In this document: one piece after another, positions 5,966 through 10,316 of the stretch
Layout: each line of letters begins with the position of its first letter
Position numbering within the stretch: the stretch's first letter is position 1
From: a virus
UHGV virus genome: UHGV-0214301
Direction: 5' to 3' (one strand)
DNA length: 10,316 nt
Made by a program: the position numbers and the translations under genes
Notes under the pieces: model-generated
Seen by the model: only the letters and a program-made list of their open reading frames with translations
Database searches by the model: none
What the model was told of the DNA's origin: nothing

Positions 5966-8405
5966 CAATGTAAAATTACAGGTATTGCTCAGGGCTGTTG
6001 ACCAGGCATCCCGCCCGTTTAAATCCATCCGCACAGCGAGCAAATCGCTGTCGGGGGATATCCGGGAAACACAAAAATCACTGCGAGAGCTGAACGGTCA
6101 GGCATCCCGTATTGAGGGATTTCGCAAGACAAGTGCACAGCTCGCCGTGACTGGTCATGCACTTGAAAAGGCTCGGCAGGAAGCCGAAGCCCTTACCACA
6201 CAGTTTAAAAACACCGAACGTCCGACCCGTGCTCAGGCGAAAGTGCTGGAGTCCGCGAAGCGTGCGGCGGAGGACTTACAGGCGAAATATAACCGCCTGA
6301 CGGATTCCGTTAAACGCCAGCAGCGGGAACTGGCCGTTGTGGGAATTAATACCCGCAATCTTGCACGTGATGAGCAGGGACTGAAAAACCGTATCAGTGA
6401 AACCACCGCACAGCTTAACCGTCAGCGTGACGCGCTGGCGCGTGTCAGTGCGCAACAGGCAAAACTTAACGCAGTAAAACAGCGTTATCAGGCAGGCAAG
6501 GAACTGGCCGGAAATATGGCCTCAGTGGGCGCTGCCGGTGTGGGGATTGCGGCGGCGGGAACGATGGCCGGAGTTAAGTTGCTGACGCCCGGTTATGAGT
6601 TTGCGCAGAAAAACTCAGAATTGCAGGCCGTGCTCGGTGTGGCAAAAGATTCCGCCGAAATGGCCGCGCTCCGCAAGCAGGCGCGCCAGCTCGGCGATAA
6701 TACCGCCGCCTCGGCGGATGATGCAGCCGGTGCGCAGATTATCATTGCGAAAGCGGGTGGAGATGTTGATGCCATTCAGGCGGCAACGCCGGTCACGCTG
6801 AATATGGCGCTGGCGAACCGTCGCACGATGGAAGAAAACGCCGCCCTGCTGATGGGGATGAAATCCGCCTTTCAGCTTTCAAACGATAAGGTCGCTCATA
6901 TCGGGGATGTTCTCTCCATGACGATGAACAAAACCGCCGCCGATTTTGACGGCATGAGCGATGCGCTGACCTATGCCGCACCTGTGGCAAAAAATGCCGG
7001 TGTCAGCATTGAAGAAACCGCCGCAATGGTCGGGGCGCTGCATGATGCAAAAATCACAGGCTCAATGGCGGGAACGGGAAGCCGTGCCGTGTTAAGCCGC
7101 CTGCAGGCACCGACGGGAAAAGCATGGGATGCACTCAAAGAGCTTGGTGTGAAAACCTCAGACAGTAAGGGAAACACCCGACCAGTATTTACCATTCTGA
7201 AAGAAATGCAGGCCAGCTTTGAGAAAAACCGGCTCGGTACTGCCCAGCAGGCTGAATACATGAAAACCATTTTCGGGGAGGAGGCCAGTTCAGCCGCCGC
7301 CGTGCTGATGACTGCCGCCTCAACCGGAAAGCTGGACAAACTGACCGCTGCGTTTAAAGCCTCAGACGGAAAGACCGCAGAGCTGGTAAATATCATGCAG
7401 GACAACCTCGGCGGTGACTTTAAGGAGTTTCAGTCCGCTTATGAGGCGGTGGGGACTGACCTGTTTGACCAGCAGGAAGGCGCACTGCGTAAGCTCACGC
7501 AGACGGCCACAAAGTATGTGTTAAAACTCGACGGCTGGATCCAGAAAAACAAATCACTGGCGTCAACCATCGGCCTTATTGTCGGTGGTGCACTGGCGCT
7601 TACTGGCATCATCGGTGCAATTGGTCTTGTAGCCTGGCCGGTTATCACCGGCATTAATGCCATCATCGCGGCAGCAGGCGCAATGGGGGCAATCTTCACG
7701 ACGGTTGGCAGTGCTGTTATGACGGCCATCGGGGCGATTAGCTGGCCGATTGTGGCTGTGGTGGCCGCCATTGTCGCCGGGGCGTTGCTTATCCGTAAAT
7801 ACTGGGAGCCTGTCAGCGCATTCTTTGGCGGTGTGGTTGAAGGGCTGAAAGCGGCATTTGCGCCAGTGGGGGAACTGTTCACGCCACTTAAGCCGGTGTT
7901 TGACTGGCTGGGTGAAAAGTTACAGGCCGCGTGGCAGTGGTTTAAAAACCTGATTGCCCCGGTCAAAGCTACCCAGGACACCCTGAACCGTTGCCGTGAC
8001 ACGGGCGTCATGTTCGGGCAGGCACTGGCTGACGCGCTGATGCTGCCGCTTAATGCGTTCAACAAACTGCGCAGTGGTATTGACTGGGTACTGGAAAAAC
8101 TCGGTGTTATCAACAAAGAGTCAGACACACTTGACCAGACCGCCGCCAGAACTCAAGCCGCCACGTATGGCAGCGGTGGTTATATTCCGGCGACCAGCTC
8201 TTATGCAGGTTATCAGGCTTATCAGCCGGTCACGGCACCGGCTGGCCGCTCTTATGTGGACCAGAGTAAAAACGAATATCACATCAGCCTGACGGGTGGT
8301 ACTGCACCGGGGACACAGCTTGACCGCCAGTTACAGGATGCGCTCGAAAAATACGAGCGGGATAAACGTGCGCGCGCCCGTGCCAGCATGATGCATGACG
8401 GTTAA
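5958..8405 (+). CDS. T: Tail tape measure protein
   Basis: 815-aa ORF, the length of P2 gpT. The N-terminal region is rich in Q/R/A/L (coiled-coil-like), and there is a long Gly/Ala/Ile-rich hydrophobic segment (LASTIGLIVGGALALTGIIGAIGLVAWPVITG...), typical of tape measure proteins. Position follows E/E'. Confidence 0.93.
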   Translation: MSNNVKLQVLLRAVDQASRPFKSIRTASKSLSGDIRETQKSLRELNGQASRIEGFRKTSAQLAVTGHALEKARQEAEALTTQFKNTERPTRAQAKVLESAKRAAEDLQAKYNRLTDSVKRQQRELAVVGINTRNLARDEQGLKNRISETTAQLNRQRDALARVSAQQAKLNAVKQRYQAGKELAGNMASVGAAGVGIAAAGTMAGVKLLTPGYEFAQKNSELQAVLGVAKDSAEMAALRKQARQLGDNTAASADDAAGAQIIIAKAGGDVDAIQAATPVTLNMALANRRTMEENAALLMGMKSAFQLSNDKVAHIGDVLSMTMNKTAADFDGMSDALTYAAPVAKNAGVSIEETAAMVGALHDAKITGSMAGTGSRAVLSRLQAPTGKAWDALKELGVKTSDSKGNTRPVFTILKEMQASFEKNRLGTAQQAEYMKTIFGEEASSAAAVLMTAASTGKLDKLTAAFKASDGKTAELVNIMQDNLGGDFKEFQSAYEAVGTDLFDQQEGALRKLTQTATKYVLKLDGWIQKNKSLASTIGLIVGGALALTGIIGAIGLVAWPVITGINAIIAAAGAMGAIFTTVGSAVMTAIGAISWPIVAVVAAIVAGALLIRKYWEPVSAFFGGVVEGLKAAFAPVGELFTPLKPVFDWLGEKLQAAWQWFKNLIAPVKATQDTLNRCRDTGVMFGQALADALMLPLNAFNKLRSGIDWVLEKLGVINKESDTLDQTAARTQAATYGSGGYIPATSSYAGYQAYQPVTAPAGRSYVDQSKNEYHISLTGGTAPGTQLDRQLQDALEKYERDKRARARASMMHDG

Positions 8406-8419
8406 GGAGGTGACGAAAA

Positions 8420-8899
8420 ATGATGCTCGCGTTAGGTATGTTTGTTTTTATGCGCCAGACGCTGCCACACCAGACCATGCAGCGTGAATCAGATTATCGC
8501 TGGCCGTCAAATTCCCGTATCGGTAAACGGGATGCCTACCAGTTTCTCGGCGTTGGTGAGGAAAACATGACGCTTGCCGGTGTGCTTTATCCCGAACTGA
8601 CCGGCGGCAAGCTGACGATGACCACGCTCAGACTGATGGCAGAGGAAGGCCGGGCGTGGCCGTTGCTGGATGGCACAGGCATGATTTACGGCATGTATGT
8701 CATCAGCAGGGTGAGTGAAACAGGGAGTATTTTCTTTGCAGACGGCACACCCCGGAAAATTGATTTTACGCTGTCACTCACCCGCGTGGATGAATCACTG
8801 GCCGCGCTTTATGGCGATATCGGTAAACAGGCAGAATCGCTCATCGGTAAGGCTGGCAGTATGGCGACTAAATTCACGGGGATGACGGGGGCGGAATAA
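8420..8899 (+). CDS. U: Tail protein U (tail tube terminator/baseplate-proximal protein)
   Basis: 159-aa ORF, the length of P2 gpU, with a strong AAGGAGG Shine-Dalgarno at 8404-8410. The stop overlaps the D start as TAATG. Confidence 0.88.
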   Translation: MMLALGMFVFMRQTLPHQTMQRESDYRWPSNSRIGKRDAYQFLGVGEENMTLAGVLYPELTGGKLTMTTLRLMAEEGRAWPLLDGTGMIYGMYVISRVSETGSIFFADGTPRKIDFTLSLTRVDESLAALYGDIGKQAESLIGKAGSMATKFTGMTGAE

Positions 8900-10062
8900 T
8901 GCTGGATGCGCTGACATTTGATGCAGGCAGTACGCTGACGCCGGATTACATGCTGATGCTCGACAGCAGGGATATTACCGGCAATATCAGCGACCGTCTG
9001 ATGAGCATGACCCTGACGGATAACCGGGGCTTTGAGGCTGACCAGCTTGATATTGAACTGAACGATGCCGACGGGCAGGTCGGGCTGCCGGTTCGTGGCG
9101 CTGTCCTGACGGTGTATATCGGCTGGAAAGGTTTTGCCCTGGTATGCAAAGGGAAATTTACCGTTGATGAGGTTGAACACCGGGGCGCGCCGGATGTGGT
9201 TACCATCCGCGCCCGGAGTGCAGATTTTCGCGGGACGCTCAATTCCCGCCGGGAAGGCTCCTGGCATGACACCACGCTCGGTGCGATTGTTGAGGTGATA
9301 GCCTCCCGTAACAGGCTGGAAGCCAGTGTCGCGCCGTCACTGGCCGGAATTAAAATCCCGCACATCGACCAGTCGCAGGAGTCCGATGCGAAATTCCTGA
9401 CCCGTCTTGCTGAACGCAACGGCGGTGAGGTGTCGGTAAAAATGGGAAAATTGTTGTTTCTCAAAGCGGGGCAGGGGGTGACGGCCAGTGGTAAAAAAAT
9501 CCCGCAGGTCACCATAACCCGCAGCGACGGCGACCGCCATCATTTTGCGATTGCTGACCGTGGAGCCTATACCGGCGTAACGGCAAAGTGGTTACACACC
9601 AAAGACCCGAAGCCACAAAAGCAGAAGGTAAAACTGAAACGCAAAAAGAAAGAGAAACACCTGCGCGCACTGGAGCACCCGAAAGCGAAACCGGTCACGC
9701 AGAAGAAAGCGCCAAAAGTACCGGAAGCGCGCGAAGGTGAATACATGGCAGGTGAGGCTGACAACGTTTTTGCCCTGACCACGGTATATGCCACGAAAGC
9801 GCAGGCCATGCGCGCCGCTCAGGCGAAGTGGGATAAGCTGCAACGGGGCGTTGCGGAGTTCTCCATCAGTCTGGCTACTGGTCGGGCAGATATTTACACG
9901 GAAACGCCGGTCAGAGTATCAGGCTTTAAGCGCGTCATAGACGAGCAGGACTGGACAATCACTAAGGTGACACATTTTCTGAATAATAGCGGCTTCACGA
10001 CGTCCCTGGAGCTTGAGGTCAGGCTTTCTGATGTGGAGTACGAAACAGAAGATGATGAGTGA
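8899..10062 (+). CDS. D: Tail protein D (late gene D, tail/baseplate hub family)
   Basis: 387-aa ORF, the length of P2 gpD, translationally coupled to U and last gene before ogr. Contains a lysine-rich basic segment (KDPKPQKQKVKLKRKKKEKHLRALEHPKAKPVTQKKAPK). Confidence 0.88.
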   Translation: MLDALTFDAGSTLTPDYMLMLDSRDITGNISDRLMSMTLTDNRGFEADQLDIELNDADGQVGLPVRGAVLTVYIGWKGFALVCKGKFTVDEVEHRGAPDVVTIRARSADFRGTLNSRREGSWHDTTLGAIVEVIASRNRLEASVAPSLAGIKIPHIDQSQESDAKFLTRLAERNGGEVSVKMGKLLFLKAGQGVTASGKKIPQVTITRSDGDRHHFAIADRGAYTGVTAKWLHTKDPKPQKQKVKLKRKKKEKHLRALEHPKAKPVTQKKAPKVPEAREGEYMAGEADNVFALTTVYATKAQAMRAAQAKWDKLQRGVAEFSISLATGRADIYTETPVRVSGFKRVIDEQDWTITKVTHFLNNSGFTTSLELEVRLSDVEYETEDDE

Positions 10063-10080
10063 TGTTTTTATTTTATCTGT

Positions 10081-10109
10081 TTGTTTTATAAGGATAAATT
10101 AACTAAAAT
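10081..10109 (+). promoter_or_regulatory. Putative sigma-70 promoter of ogr
   Basis: TTGTTT (10081-10086), a 17-bp spacer, then TAAAAT (10104-10109). The predicted transcript start is about 27 nt upstream of the ATG at 10144, which has an AGGTG Shine-Dalgarno 7 nt upstream. Confidence 0.4.
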
Positions 10110-10143
10110 GGCACCATCAACAAAACCGGAAGAGGTGCTCGCG

Positions 10144-10316
10144 ATGTTTCATTGTCCTTTATGCCAGCATGCCGCACATGCGCGTACAAGTCGCTATATC
10201 ACTGACACGACAAAAGAGCGTTATCACCAGTGTCAGAACGTGAATTGCAGCGCCACGTTCATCACTTATGAGTCGGTACAGCGATACATCGTGAAGCCGG
10301 GAGAAGTCCACGCCGT
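10144..10316 (+). CDS. ogr: Late transcription activator Ogr (Cys4 zinc finger), 3' end beyond the window
   Basis: Translation MFHCPLCQHAAHARTSRYITDTTKERYHQCQNVNCSATFITYESVQRYIVKPGEVHA... matches P2 Ogr as I remember it, including the CPLC...CQNVNC zinc-binding cysteines. An in-frame ATG at 10108 would add 12 residues but lies inside the predicted -10 element, so 10144 is preferred. Confidence 0.9.
   Translation, partial: MFHCPLCQHAAHARTSRYITDTTKERYHQCQNVNCSATFITYESVQRYIVKPGEVHA

Noticed and set aside
6593-8292. Multiple alternative-frame ORFs inside the tape measure gene (6593-6775, 6595-6801, 6793-6990, 6971-7405, 7439-8128, 8053-8292)
   Set aside because: All nested within the 815-aa T frame. 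The long Ala/Gly-rich coding stretch generates open antisense frames by composition alone.
8284-9843. ORFs antisense to or overlapping U and D (8284-8478, 8809-9267, 8946-9515, 9337-9543, 9567-9809, 9592-9843)
   Set aside because: Shadow ORFs within U and D. The ones at 9567-9843 arise from the A/G-rich lysine-codon run in D.
10108-10143. Upstream in-frame ATG that would extend Ogr by 12 residues
   Set aside because: It falls within the predicted -10 promoter element and lacks a Shine-Dalgarno sequence. The canonical Ogr N-terminus MFHCPLCQ begins at 10144.
1-10316. CRISPR arrays, tRNA/rRNA genes, integrase or att sites, transposase/IS elements
   Set aside because: No direct-repeat/spacer periodicity, no tRNA-like cloverleaf candidates, and no transposase or integrase-like ORFs were seen. 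The only recombination-related sequences are the invertase relic and the gix-like site.

Overview
This window reads as the tail-gene block of a P2-like (Peduovirus-type) prophage of an enterobacterium, all on the + strand: the 3' part of tail fibre gene H, tail-fibre assembly gene G, then tail sheath FI, tail tube FII, E and its -1 frameshift product E+E', tape measure T, U, D and the start of the Cys4 zinc-finger late activator ogr. Calls rest on gene order, protein lengths and motifs I recognise by eye; no database search was possible. The most interesting part is the roughly 2.2 kb between G and FI (about 1570-3759), the position Z/fun occupies in P2 and a known variable hotspot. It is strikingly AT-rich (about 30% GC on lines I counted, against about 57% in a tail-gene line) and carries one cargo gene, an acyltransferase family 3 integral membrane protein (2210-3364). 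That gene is a candidate lysogenic-conversion or superinfection-exclusion factor. Flanking it are three apparent relics of a Gin/Hin/Pin-type invertible tail-fibre switch: a 26-bp hix/gix-like dyad inside H (456-481), a minus-strand tail-fibre-assembly C-terminal remnant converging on G (1541-1669), and the C-terminal DNA-binding end of a serine invertase just upstream of FI (about 3467-3700). My reading is that the cargo gene replaced most of that switch. I cannot tell whether this exact arrangement is already described. All other ORFs on the six-frame track are shadow ORFs inside real genes.
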